Part shown: in pieces, positions 15,592 through 24,161 of the stretch | How positions within the stretch are numbered: position 1 is the stretch's first letter | Layout: each line of letters begins with the position of its first letter | Assembly: GCF_001412615.1 (NCBI RefSeq) | Contig: NZ_CP013011.1 | Coordinates: 1,080,001 to 1,112,000 of the forward strand | DNA from: Pyrodictium delaneyi | Lineage (GTDB): Archaea; Thermoproteota; Thermoprotei_A; Sulfolobales; Pyrodictiaceae | Reading direction: 5' to 3' | DNA length: 32,000 nucleotides | The notes under the pieces: model-generated | What the model was told of the DNA's origin: nothing | Databases searched by the model: none | The model's input: only the letters and a program-made list of their open reading frames with translations | Made by a program: the position numbers and the translations under genes

Positions 15592-16335
15592 ATGCCTACA
15601 CGCCTACTCTTCCAGGAAGATAGCTATATGAAGGAATTTGACGCCACGGTCACTAGGATCGAGAACAATAAAGTGTATCTTGACGTTACAGCCTTCCATC
15701 CCCGGCCTAGTGGCGGGCTCGACGCGGATACTGGTAGGCTTGTAACGAGTAGTGGATACGAACTCCGGGTGGTAGATACTGTTGCAGAAGGTGATGAAGT
15801 AGCACACATAATTGAAGGTGATCTCTCGCAGGTCTCTGTGGGCGAGAAAGTGCATGGTGTTCTAGACTGGGAGCGTCGATATAGGATGATGCAGCTCCAC
15901 ACGGCAAGTCATGTGCTTGCAGCTATTCTCTACGAGAAGTATGGGGCTCGTGTTACTGGAGGCCACATATCGCCCGACATGGCTCGTGATGACTTTGAGA
16001 TAAACGTTGACGACTGGAAGAAGGCTATACTAGATGCCATAGAGGAGACCAATAAGATACTGAAGCGTTGTATAGAGGTGAAGATCTACTGGCTTCCACG
16101 CGAAGAAGCGCTAAAAATACCTGGGATAGTGAAGCTCGCTGACCGTATACCGCCTTCAGTGGAGCAGCTACGTATAGTTGAGATACCCGGTGTAGACATT
16201 CAGGCTGATGGTGGGCCGCACGTACGGAACACCTGCGAAGTACCTGGTATTGTTGCAGTAAAGCTGCAGAGTAGAGGTAAGCGCAGAAAACGTGTCTATT
16301 ACGCTCTCGTAGAGGAGCAAAAGAGGGAGGAGTAG
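15592..16335 (+). CDS. alaX: Alanyl-tRNA editing protein AlaX (AlaX-M type)
   Basis: The N-terminal domain pattern LFQEDSYMKEFDATV..LDVTAFHPRPSGG is present, along with the HxxxH zinc motif HTASH. GGGAGGTGGA precedes ATG 15592. The ORF track starts at GTG 15580. Confidence 0.85.
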   Translation: MPTRLLFQEDSYMKEFDATVTRIENNKVYLDVTAFHPRPSGGLDADTGRLVTSSGYELRVVDTVAEGDEVAHIIEGDLSQVSVGEKVHGVLDWERRYRMMQLHTASHVLAAILYEKYGARVTGGHISPDMARDDFEINVDDWKKAILDAIEETNKILKRCIEVKIYWLPREEALKIPGIVKLADRIPPSVEQLRIVEIPGVDIQADGGPHVRNTCEVPGIVAVKLQSRGKRRKRVYYALVEEQKREE

Positions 16336-16367
16336 CACTTGACAGAAGAAACTAGTTGTCACAGCAA

Positions 16368-16961
16368 CTAAAATGCTAGCCATGCGGCAACAATTATCAT
16401 TACTAGCCAGGCTAGCGGGTTCCTCTGAACGATTTTTGAACCGTCTAACGGGCTAAAGGGCAGCAGATTGAAGAATGCTAGCCACGCGTTTATCGCCGAT
16501 AACCCATAAAGAAAGAACGCTAGTCCGCTATAGCCAGCAAACCTCGCTGCAATCATGGCTACTAGTGCCATGACAATGTTTGATATAGGGCCAGCTGCGG
16601 CAACGTAGTCTTCTCGCGCAAATCCCCGACAGTATATAGCGACGTAACCGGGAGCGAGGATAACGAATGGTACTCCTATGCTCCTTAGCAGGCCCGAGAA
16701 TAGCGTGAGTGCTAGTCCAAATTGTGTTAGAACAAAGCCGGCTATACATCCCTGTCTCCTAGCTATCTCTCTATGTGAATACTCGTGTACGAGAAAACCT
16801 AGTATTGCGCCAGCGAGTATACCACCATAGAAATTTAACGGAGACTCTGCCACCCTTAGCAAGCCTATGCCAGCATAGCCAAATGCTACCGAGAGCGCAC
16901 CTATTATCAACGCCTTCCACTCATCCATATACATTGGTCTGTCGCTGAACGTGAACGCCAA
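16368..16961 (-). CDS. Peptidase M50 (site-2 protease) family membrane metalloprotease
   Basis: HEYSH (HExxH) sits in a TM helix, and the NLLPFSPLDGSK motif is present. The protein is multi-pass hydrophobic. Confidence 0.8.
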   Translation of the reverse strand: MAFTFSDRPMYMDEWKALIIGALSVAFGYAGIGLLRVAESPLNFYGGILAGAILGFLVHEYSHREIARRQGCIAGFVLTQFGLALTLFSGLLRSIGVPFVILAPGYVAIYCRGFAREDYVAAAGPISNIVMALVAMIAARFAGYSGLAFFLYGLSAINAWLAFFNLLPFSPLDGSKIVQRNPLAWLVMIIVAAWLAF

Positions 16962-17026
16962 GAGAGGTACACCCCATCTATACCCCTAAGAGACAAGATC
17001 TTCAATAGTCTTCAAGACCCGGAGGC

Positions 17027-18163
17027 TTACTCCACACGCATCATTAGTTCTTCCCCGTAGTCTACAACCACCCGTATGTACCCTTTCAGTTTCCTGTCAA
17101 GCTCCGGATCTCCCGTGTCCACACGCAACTTCTTCAACCGTCCAACCTTGCTCCTCGTAGCAACTACTATTATGTTCTCCCTACCGACCAGACCCACTAT
17201 GCGAGGCGATATCTGCTGATTGCCCCTACCTAGTATATATCCCTGGCCGCCTATCGGAGTTACAATTATCTTCACAACACCACCCTTAGCAATATGGTTC
17301 CGAACAATATTGTAGAGTCTCTCCTCGTCAACGTCTAATGCTACTAGCCTCCCATTATGTATCACGTCTACACCTAGAAGGGTCTTCTCAACACCAAGCT
17401 CGTCAGCTATAGCCTTGACGGTAGAACCCGGCCCGAGGATGTAAAGCGTGCACTCCTCCATTGCCTCAGTTATGTACCTGGCTATGGCTTGTTTATTCTC
17501 TTCCTCCTCCGGGCTAGAGGGGGTCGGTTGCTTACTAGACCCTACGAGTCTTGCGCTACAGGGAACACGAGCTATACCGTAGAGCTTCACTTTCAACGTT
17601 CCGGCTCTGAACGCGTCCTCATCTATGTCGAGAACCTCAGCCTCGCATAGCCCGCCCGAGCTAAGCCACTCTTTTAGGACGTCAGCGGCAGCCTCCGGGT
17701 TTTCGGCGTAGACAGAGCTGTACATCTTGACGCCTGCGGGGACGCCTAAAACTGGCATCTCGGCTCTAGAGATCCTCAGAGCCTCTAAGACGTCCCTAGC
17801 AGTTCCGTCTCCGCCCACGAATACGACTATATCTGCTCCCTTCTCGATGCATGCCTTCACAGTTGCTATTGTGTCTAGGCGGGTAGTAGGCCACTTAGGA
17901 GGCCGGTAGACAACAGTAACGTTGAGGTCTACAAGCTTAGCTTCTTCCTCGCCCATAGCCCCGCTACTGGTGAGTAGCTCTAACATACTGTCGAGGCCTA
18001 GACTCTTTAGCCTCTCTAGGAACCTGGTAGCTCTTTGCGGTGAGGTCAGTTCAGCTCCCCGCTCAAGAGCTATAAGCGCGGCCTCCCCGTCGCTGCCCTT
18101 GAGGGCTAGCGGTCCGCCTATACCCGCCAAAGGATTCACTACGAAGCATAGCCTACGCTTCAA
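17027..18163 (-). CDS. ATP-NAD kinase-like protein (COG3199 type)
   Basis: It carries the GGDGT motif (VVFVGGDGTARDV) and an N-terminal NPLAGIGGP. The start is TTG. Confidence 0.75.
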   Translation of the reverse strand: MKRRLCFVVNPLAGIGGPLALKGSDGEAALIALERGAELTSPQRATRFLERLKSLGLDSMLELLTSSGAMGEEEAKLVDLNVTVVYRPPKWPTTRLDTIATVKACIEKGADIVVFVGGDGTARDVLEALRISRAEMPVLGVPAGVKMYSSVYAENPEAAADVLKEWLSSGGLCEAEVLDIDEDAFRAGTLKVKLYGIARVPCSARLVGSSKQPTPSSPEEEENKQAIARYITEAMEECTLYILGPGSTVKAIADELGVEKTLLGVDVIHNGRLVALDVDEERLYNIVRNHIAKGGVVKIIVTPIGGQGYILGRGNQQISPRIVGLVGRENIIVVATRSKVGRLKKLRVDTGDPELDRKLKGYIRVVVDYGEELMMRVE

Positions 18164-18236
18164 TTACAATCCCCGGCACAACCCAAGCTCGGTGAGGCAC
18201 ATCACTTAGCCTAAATAGGGATGAGGTAGGGCCAGT

Positions 18237-18830
18237 ATGAGTCTAAAAACCGGCATGCTTGGAGCAGATAGGCGTGTACTCTTCTTCGGGAGATTCCAGC
18301 CATTCCATAACGGGCATCTCGCGGCTGTCAAGTGGCTTCTAGATCGCTACGAGGAGGTAGTGATACTTGTAGGCATGGCTGATGAGAGTCATACATGGCG
18401 TAACCCGTTCACCGCAGGGGAACGCTTGCTAATGATACGCGAAGCGCTTAGACACGCCGGAATAGACCTCTCCAGAATAATAACTGCCACTATACAGACA
18501 TTAACGGTCTACAGTGGTAACTCTGGATTCGTACTAGGCTATGTCCCCCCAGTGGATGCAGTAGCCACGGCTAATCCGGCGGTAAACCGGGCTTTCCGTG
18601 ATGCCGGAGTAAAGACGGTAAAACCTCCGCTAGTAAACAAGCATATTTGGTGTGGTGAGTACATAAGATGCCTAATGCTTAAGGGTGATGAATCCTGGAG
18701 AGATCTAGTTCCTAGTCCTGTGCCGGAGATAATAGACAGTATAAACGGCGTGTCGAGGATACGTGAAATAGTAAGCGATAATATTTACAGAATAGAGGCT
18801 GCATGTACGAGACTAGCACAACAGCGATAG
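18237..18830 (+). CDS. Nicotinamide-nucleotide adenylyltransferase, archaeal type
   Basis: FFGRFQPFHNGHL is the (H/T)xGH nucleotidyltransferase motif in its archaeal NMNAT context. The length of about 197 aa fits. Confidence 0.9.
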   Translation: MSLKTGMLGADRRVLFFGRFQPFHNGHLAAVKWLLDRYEEVVILVGMADESHTWRNPFTAGERLLMIREALRHAGIDLSRIITATIQTLTVYSGNSGFVLGYVPPVDAVATANPAVNRAFRDAGVKTVKPPLVNKHIWCGEYIRCLMLKGDESWRDLVPSPVPEIIDSINGVSRIREIVSDNIYRIEAACTRLAQQR

Positions 18831-19366
18831 CATATTCCTTCCGTGCGAAAGAGGCTAACTAGACAGCCGTTGCTGCACGCTACACTATCCTTTACCAGCT
18901 CCTGGTAGCCTTTGGCAAGCTCCTCTGAGACCCTAGGCAGAGCTAACTCGTCTCCATTGAACCAGCCTATTACCTCTAGTGAGCCTGGATCCGAGAGCGC
19001 TATGACTATAGAGTCGCGTAGTACCATGATATTTCTAGAGACTAACTCGGGGTCTTCAATGTTGCATGCAACTCCGGCTATAGTATAGTCTCCCTTTCTG
19101 CTACAGTAAATGCCATTGAGAAGCCTATTAGCGGAACTGCTGAGGAATGCCCCTGCTCTACTAGTTCCCAGTAAGCCTGCTTCGCGGAGCTTCAATAGAA
19201 TGTTACGCGTACGCTTATCCCCAAGACCCAATATACGTGATATACTGGGCCTACCAATAGGTCCTAGGTCGCGGATTAAGAGGAGGACAGACAGGGCGTC
19301 TATAAGATCCTCTCTCGTACGGCACCACTCTAGGCTAGCTATGATCTCTCTTGCCCTCCTGCACAT
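18785..19366 (-). CDS. wHTH regulator-like protein (DUF4443-like)
   Basis: The wHTH reads LLIRDLGPIGRPSISRILGLGDKRTRNILLKLREAGLL and is followed by a conserved-looking C-terminal domain. The ORF is open to 19408. ATG 19366 is the first ATG after that. Confidence 0.5.
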   Translation of the reverse strand: MCRRAREIIASLEWCRTREDLIDALSVLLLIRDLGPIGRPSISRILGLGDKRTRNILLKLREAGLLGTSRAGAFLSSSANRLLNGIYCSRKGDYTIAGVACNIEDPELVSRNIMVLRDSIVIALSDPGSLEVIGWFNGDELALPRVSEELAKGYQELVKDSVACSNGCLVSLFRTEGICYRCCASLVHAASIL

Positions 19367-19676
19367 CTTTGTCCTCCTCGGCTGGGAGACGAGGCACGGT
19401 GGTACCAATACTATACCTTTTCACAATCTCTATCCATTCCTTCTCATCGATCTCAATGCCCTCAGAGATAAGATACGTTGCTAGCTCTCTCGCTGTAACC
19501 TCCTCGCTATAGAGGACTTTTCTCTCAACGTCACGCCAGTTAGGCTGTGCCTTTACGCCAGCCTCTTCGTAGAGCCATTCCGCGAGATCTGCTGGATCTA
19601 GTCCAGCTTCACGTGCACGATGAAGCAGCATCTCCTTAAGCTTTCTATCAAGGAGCCTCCTACGCACGTATGCCAT
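19335..19676 (-). CDS. Hypothetical protein (113 aa)
   Basis: GGGGGAGG lies 4 nt upstream of ATG 19676. It is an acidic helical protein with no family I recognise. Confidence 0.55.
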   Translation of the reverse strand: MAYVRRRLLDRKLKEMLLHRAREAGLDPADLAEWLYEEAGVKAQPNWRDVERKVLYSEEVTARELATYLISEGIEIDEKEWIEIVKRYSIGTTVPRLPAEEDKDVQEGKRDHS

Positions 19677-19760
19677 ACGGCCTCCCCCGGTCCGTGAAGT
19701 CTACATCCCCTCTATACCCGGAGGGTTAGCTACAAGGCCCCGGTCATCGGCCAGTATTAG

Positions 19761-20165
19761 CTAGCTGGGCTCACCTAGATTCATATTCTTGACGGGGAGC
19801 TTGAGATAGTCTACAACCTTTTGTACTATCCATGCATAGCGCGGGTCACCAGCACTATAGCGTAGCTTAAGCTTACGGTATACGGCTCGGTAGAGGAGCT
19901 GTGCATCAGGGGAATAGACCTCGATATATCCCTTGACGTGGCCCCGGAGATTCTTCACCAAGTAGACGTATACAAGGTACCAGCCTTTAGGGACACTTAT
20001 GGATGCTATGTAGGCGCTACCCCTACTATATAGAGGCTTCTCGCGCTGGGTCATCCTTGGCCGCGGTTCTACTATATCGCCCTTCTCTGATACAAGTAGT
20101 GCTAAGCTACGAACAGCATGCTTTCCACTACGGCTCTTACTCATCTCTATACGGACATTTAACAT
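19761..20165 (-). CDS. Hypothetical basic protein (134 aa)
   Basis: The ORF is clean, with an alternative start at ATG 20144. It is rich in K/R/Y. I recognise no family. Confidence 0.5.
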   Translation of the reverse strand: MLNVRIEMSKSRSGKHAVRSLALLVSEKGDIVEPRPRMTQREKPLYSRGSAYIASISVPKGWYLVYVYLVKNLRGHVKGYIEVYSPDAQLLYRAVYRKLKLRYSAGDPRYAWIVQKVVDYLKLPVKNMNLGEPS

Positions 20166-20218
20166 ACTGATGCTACCCTCCCAACTCGTTCGGGTAGTAT
20201 GCTGTGGGTGTTATCATT

Positions 20219-20467
20219 TCATTTGCTCTTTTTCACCACTAGTATGGCGTTATTTCTCGTTGCGTCTACATTTCCATCTATTACGTAGAGCGTTATATTG
20301 CTATACAAGCCGGTTGGTAACCTGGCATTGGTGTTCTCGAGTACGACATTCTTTATGTCGTTGAACTTCTCCTCTGATACCTTCCTACCGGCATTGTCGT
20401 AGACTAGCTTTTTTACAACTCCTTTATCGCGTATATGGAAGAGGAGCGTCACAGCCATTACTCTCAC
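20219..20467 (-). CDS. Hypothetical small protein (about 80 aa)
   Basis: The ORF has a GTG 20467 or ATG 20458 start. The antisense ORF 20170-20364 looks spurious. Confidence 0.45.
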   Translation of the reverse strand: MRVMAVTLLFHIRDKGVVKKLVYDNAGRKVSEEKFNDIKNVVLENTNARLPTGLYSNITLYVIDGNVDATRNNAILVVKKSK

Positions 20468-20535
20468 AGCCCATGCTAGTGATAGTCCTCTTAGGCTCCT
20501 TTTTACCCGAACGGTCCGAACAAAATGTTAAGGGC

Positions 20536-20871
20536 CTAGTCTTCGGCCTCTATATAGAATCTCGGCGGCTCTATGCGCTGACTCTTGCACATTGGGCACT
20601 TGCTCGGCTTCTTGGGGGAATCTAGGTCGGTGAACACATAGCCACAATTCCTGCAACGCGGTGGGATCATGTATAGGACGGCTCTTCCTCCATGGCTCCG
20701 CCTGAGACTCTTGGCTATGTGTTTTAGATGTATATAGACTTCATGCTCGCCGGTTACCGGGTCAATACCGGCGAGTTCAGCTATCTCCCTAGCAGTTAGG
20801 GGGGTCTTGCTCTCTAACAGGATCCGTATAATGCGTTTACGTATTGTATCCTCGAGCGACAAGGCTTCCAT
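20536..20871 (-). CDS. Transcriptional regulator, HTH fused to C-terminal zinc ribbon (COG3357-like)
   Basis: The HTH is IRILLESKTPLTAREIAELAG. The zinc ribbon is CRNCGYVF...CPMCKS. Confidence 0.75.
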   Translation of the reverse strand: MEALSLEDTIRKRIIRILLESKTPLTAREIAELAGIDPVTGEHEVYIHLKHIAKSLRRSHGGRAVLYMIPPRCRNCGYVFTDLDSPKKPSKCPMCKSQRIEPPRFYIEAED

Positions 20872-20932
20872 ACACCAGGCACAAGATGTTGTAGCTAAGG
20901 ATGGCAGAAAAGTGATGTATACTAGTCGCGCC

Positions 20933-21463
20933 TTATGCGGGTTTTTCTATAATCTCTGTTAGTCGTTGCTCGGCTACGGCTTCAGCCTCTTCAAGAATCT
21001 TTTTCACATGTTCATTTACTACTGGATCTTCGGTAACAGATACCTCGACTCCGGACATCGAGGCTATAGAGGATACCATATTCTCTAGGTCGGCTAGCAT
21101 GCTTGCTATCCCGGGGGCTATAATTCCATATGCTTGCTTAGCCTCAAGTAGCGTCTTCTTAACTATGGATAAGTCCTCCGATGATATAGCACCTATATTG
21201 GCTAGAGTCTCTAGCCGTATAGAAAGAACCTCAAGCACAGCCTGGAGCCGGAGAACATTACGAAGCATCTGATGTAGGGAAGCATCACCAGTCCTCTCGT
21301 AGCTTGCCTTCAGCCTTGCGGCTAACAAGCCGAGTCTCGAAACAGCATAACGCGTAGCAACAGCTAGCTCAAGTAGCTTAATCCTAGGTGATGTCCTCTG
21401 CCGCCGCCGTCTAAACAACATCACGCCCCTAGACCCCCGGCCGGAGAGTCTTAGCAGAGACAC
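20933..21463 (-). CDS. ESCRT-III (Snf7/CdvB-like) family protein
   Basis: It has a basic N-terminus (RRRRQR), long amphipathic helices, and a C-terminal VKKILEEAEAVAEQRL segment resembling what I recall of crenarchaeal CdvB paralogs. The start is GTG 21463 or ATG 21421. Confidence 0.5.
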   Translation of the reverse strand: MSLLRLSGRGSRGVMLFRRRRQRTSPRIKLLELAVATRYAVSRLGLLAARLKASYERTGDASLHQMLRNVLRLQAVLEVLSIRLETLANIGAISSEDLSIVKKTLLEAKQAYGIIAPGIASMLADLENMVSSIASMSGVEVSVTEDPVVNEHVKKILEEAEAVAEQRLTEIIEKPA

Positions 21464-21555
21464 TGCTAGCTACAGCTAATCATGGATGACCGGCAGACCC
21501 CGTATACTATACTATCTCTAGGGCACTGGGCTAGGGAAGAAAAGGGGTAAGGCCC

Positions 21556-23799
21556 TTAGCCTATCCACTTATAGAGTATAAGCACTTGTACAAGATAATA
21601 GACGCTGCCACCATAGTTTACAGCTAGAAGACGCCCCTTAGAATCAGTGTAGAAGCTTATGATTACCTTGTATGGTTTGAAGTGCTTAAACTCTATAGGC
21701 TTTGTCTTCTCACCGAATAATGTCACAGACTCTATAGTCTTAGTTCCAACCAGCTGGAGGTATTTCTGGGGGAATACAGTACCTACGTCTCCGAAGCTGT
21801 AGGGTGCACTTGCAAACATCTTGTATATGATGGTTTGCTTGTACTTGTCGTTACCCACAGTAAAGCCCATTTTATCCTTTCCAGCTATATGGAGCATAGC
21901 CCATGACTTAGCTATATCTATTGACGGGAACCCGGCAAGACCTATGACGTATGCCAGATTGCCATTCTTGGGATCATAGAGCGCGTTATCGTGGATGAAT
22001 ATCAGTGTTTTGCCAGGCTCAAGGTGTAGCTTCTCAAGTATCTTAACAGCCTCATCTTCGCTAGTAGCGGTGTAGAACTCTGCAAGCATACGTATCTGCG
22101 TGCCATTTATAGTAGCGCCGTCGGCCAGAGTAGGCCGATGTGCCCCAACACTTATCCAGTAACCGTAGTCCCACCATGCTACTACAACAGTGTCGTTAGG
22201 CGTATCACGGTCTAGTAGATCTAGCATATAGAGCCAGCCATACTGTTGAGCGTTGATGCTGTATCCAGTTATGGTTGCAACCTGGCCAGACATCATGGCA
22301 TACGTGGTTCTTGCGCCGATTATAGCAGCCACTAAGATAACAATGAATAATGCTCCTGTGGCAACCATTCTCAGTTCGCTAGAGTCATGCTGAGTGCGCT
22401 TGACCCTAGTTCGGTGAGGACTATCAGACGTTTTTCGGGTAGTCACTAACCCAATTACGGCTGCTATAGCGAGTATACCAATGACAGAGGATACTTGAAG
22501 AAAGTAGAGCATTCCCATCACAGCATAGTAGAGTCCCAGGGCGGCTAACCCGAGCGGTAGATGCTCTGCCTCCTTTCGACGGAATGCTCTATAAAGCAGG
22601 TATAGTGCAGCTATAGGTGTAAACAGTGCTGCTATATTTGCTTGTCTCACGAAGTCTTGGAAGAGATCGGGCCTAGCTAAAGGCGATGAGTGCTCTGCAA
22701 CAGTCTCTGCTAGGGCTGACAAGTGCAACTTACCCATCATCCGGAGGGGCCACGCTAGTGCGAATAGCGCTCTGCCACGGATTCCTAGTAGAGGTGCTGC
22801 CAGTGTGCCCACAGCTAGTAGTGCTACTACTACTGTAGCATAGAGCCGGGGTCCTGAGAACATGGCTAGTCTTATGCCGCGTGTTGCTTGTAGCTGTTCG
22901 ATGATACGTGTAGTAGCATATGACACTACAGCACCTAGTATGGCTATGAAGCCGTACTTAGCTGACACGGGTGCATATAGCGACGCTGCATACAATACCA
23001 CGGTAAAGCCAACGGCTATAGCAATGTTAACAATAGCAACATTCTTGGCATGCTTCCACTCAACAGCAAGTGGTGCGAGTAACGACGTTACAGCGATTAA
23101 TACAGCGGCAAGAGAGTATCCACCCCATATAAATCCTATGAAGCCAAACACTGTGCCAGCAGCTACAGCAATGCGGGCATCTAGCCTCCGAAGAGCTTCA
23201 CTATACAACATAAACCCGGCTATAAGGAAGGGTACTGCTATCCCCGTCTTTTCTACGAAGCCCGCGAAGGTTCTCGCACTTGATGCCGGCAGTACTGCAA
23301 GGAGTAGCGCTGAAATTATGCCTGCTAGTTCTCCATAGCGACGCCTAATGTATGCGTAAGCTACTGGTATCATCAATGCACCAAAGACTGGCGGGAGTAG
23401 AGAGACCCAACGCACAGTGTCAAGAGACCCAAGAGGTAATGCTCCTATCACTGGTATGAATGGATGCTCAGTGTTCGTGAAGTCTCTACCCCACGGATAC
23501 CAGAAGATATGTGTGGCAGGATTATCCCTAGTTAGGCTGGCCCACGATGTTATTCCATGCTGATGTAGGTAGTCTGATAGCCAGTACTCTATCCATGGGT
23601 CGTTGGCATTTAGGAATGCGTATTTGGCTTTGTCGCTTAGACCTAGTTTAACGGCGTTGTCATAAACCATCTGGTAGTTCTTGTATGGTAGTGCACGTAG
23701 ATAGAATGCAATAGCAGTAAAGAGTATAACCAATGCTATGGCTATGAACTTTGTAATATTTCTGTCAAGTCTTGGATGAATGTTGGGTCTATTGTTCAC
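21556..23799 (-). CDS. aglB: Archaeal oligosaccharyltransferase AglB (STT3 family)
   Basis: The catalytic WWDYGYW motif is present. A multi-TM N-terminal domain of about 500 aa is followed by a soluble C-terminal domain. The GTG start is preceded by GGTGGAG. Confidence 0.92.
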   Translation of the reverse strand: MNNRPNIHPRLDRNITKFIAIALVILFTAIAFYLRALPYKNYQMVYDNAVKLGLSDKAKYAFLNANDPWIEYWLSDYLHQHGITSWASLTRDNPATHIFWYPWGRDFTNTEHPFIPVIGALPLGSLDTVRWVSLLPPVFGALMIPVAYAYIRRRYGELAGIISALLLAVLPASSARTFAGFVEKTGIAVPFLIAGFMLYSEALRRLDARIAVAAGTVFGFIGFIWGGYSLAAVLIAVTSLLAPLAVEWKHAKNVAIVNIAIAVGFTVVLYAASLYAPVSAKYGFIAILGAVVSYATTRIIEQLQATRGIRLAMFSGPRLYATVVVALLAVGTLAAPLLGIRGRALFALAWPLRMMGKLHLSALAETVAEHSSPLARPDLFQDFVRQANIAALFTPIAALYLLYRAFRRKEAEHLPLGLAALGLYYAVMGMLYFLQVSSVIGILAIAAVIGLVTTRKTSDSPHRTRVKRTQHDSSELRMVATGALFIVILVAAIIGARTTYAMMSGQVATITGYSINAQQYGWLYMLDLLDRDTPNDTVVVAWWDYGYWISVGAHRPTLADGATINGTQIRMLAEFYTATSEDEAVKILEKLHLEPGKTLIFIHDNALYDPKNGNLAYVIGLAGFPSIDIAKSWAMLHIAGKDKMGFTVGNDKYKQTIIYKMFASAPYSFGDVGTVFPQKYLQLVGTKTIESVTLFGEKTKPIEFKHFKPYKVIISFYTDSKGRLLAVNYGGSVYYLVQVLILYKWIG

Positions 23800-23811
23800 A
23801 GTTGCTCCACC

Positions 23812-24072
23812 TCAGGACCCGGTGGCCTGGCTACTTCTTGTGCGAAGTTTAAGTGCTCTAACTATATTCGCGAACGCGAGTATGGATGCCGAGGCGTTAA
23901 GGAGTGTAAAAACCGGGTCGTTAAGCAATACAGCGTATACAGTTAACAAAATGCTCCCTATGAAGTAGAGGGCACTAAGCCTTAGAGGCGGTACGGCTGA
24001 CAGTGATATGGCCCAGCCAGCTACTATAAAGAGCATGCCTACTATGCCTATGACGGTCGTTGCCTCAGCCAT
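23812..24072 (-). CDS. Small 3-TM membrane protein, PQ-loop/SemiSWEET/LAB_N-like
   Basis: The 86-aa protein has three hydrophobic helices. The pattern IG.VG..F...GW......PP....LYF.GS.LL..YA....DPVF resembles the LAB_N (PF07578) / PQ-loop pattern from memory. Its stop lies 12 nt before the aglB start, with the aglB SD in between. Confidence 0.6.
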   Translation of the reverse strand: MAEATTVIGIVGMLFIVAGWAISLSAVPPLRLSALYFIGSILLTVYAVLLNDPVFTLLNASASILAFANIVRALKLRTRSSQATGS

Positions 24073-24111
24073 GCCAGGGTATCCTTGAGTGGGCTGGGTC
24101 TACTAGGAAGC

Positions 24112-24119
24112 ATAAAAAG
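24112..24119. promoter_or_regulatory. A/T box ATAAAAAG shared by divergent genes
   Basis: It lies between ATG 24072 (minus) and ATG 24162 (plus). It is about 26 nt from a plausible transcription start on either strand. GGGGTGG follows on the plus side. Confidence 0.35.
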
Positions 24120-24161
24120 GCTGAGCACAGAGCCACGCAGCACCGGGGTGGCGCAATAGCC

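Noticed and set aside
22862-23338. A 158-aa plus-strand ORF inside aglB. Similar long antisense or alternate-frame ORFs occur at 2151-2351, 2803-3081, 3684-3875, 3885-4184, 8192-8440, 8348-8617, 8497-8736, 11109-11845, 12186-12497, 15604-15907, 17727-18209, 24626-24909, 27324-27578, 28005-28346 and 28375-28773.
   Set aside because: Each lies fully within or opposite a gene with strong family motifs. Their compositions are Ser/Arg/Leu/Cys-rich and low in complexity, typical of antisense frames. None has a promoter or SD context.
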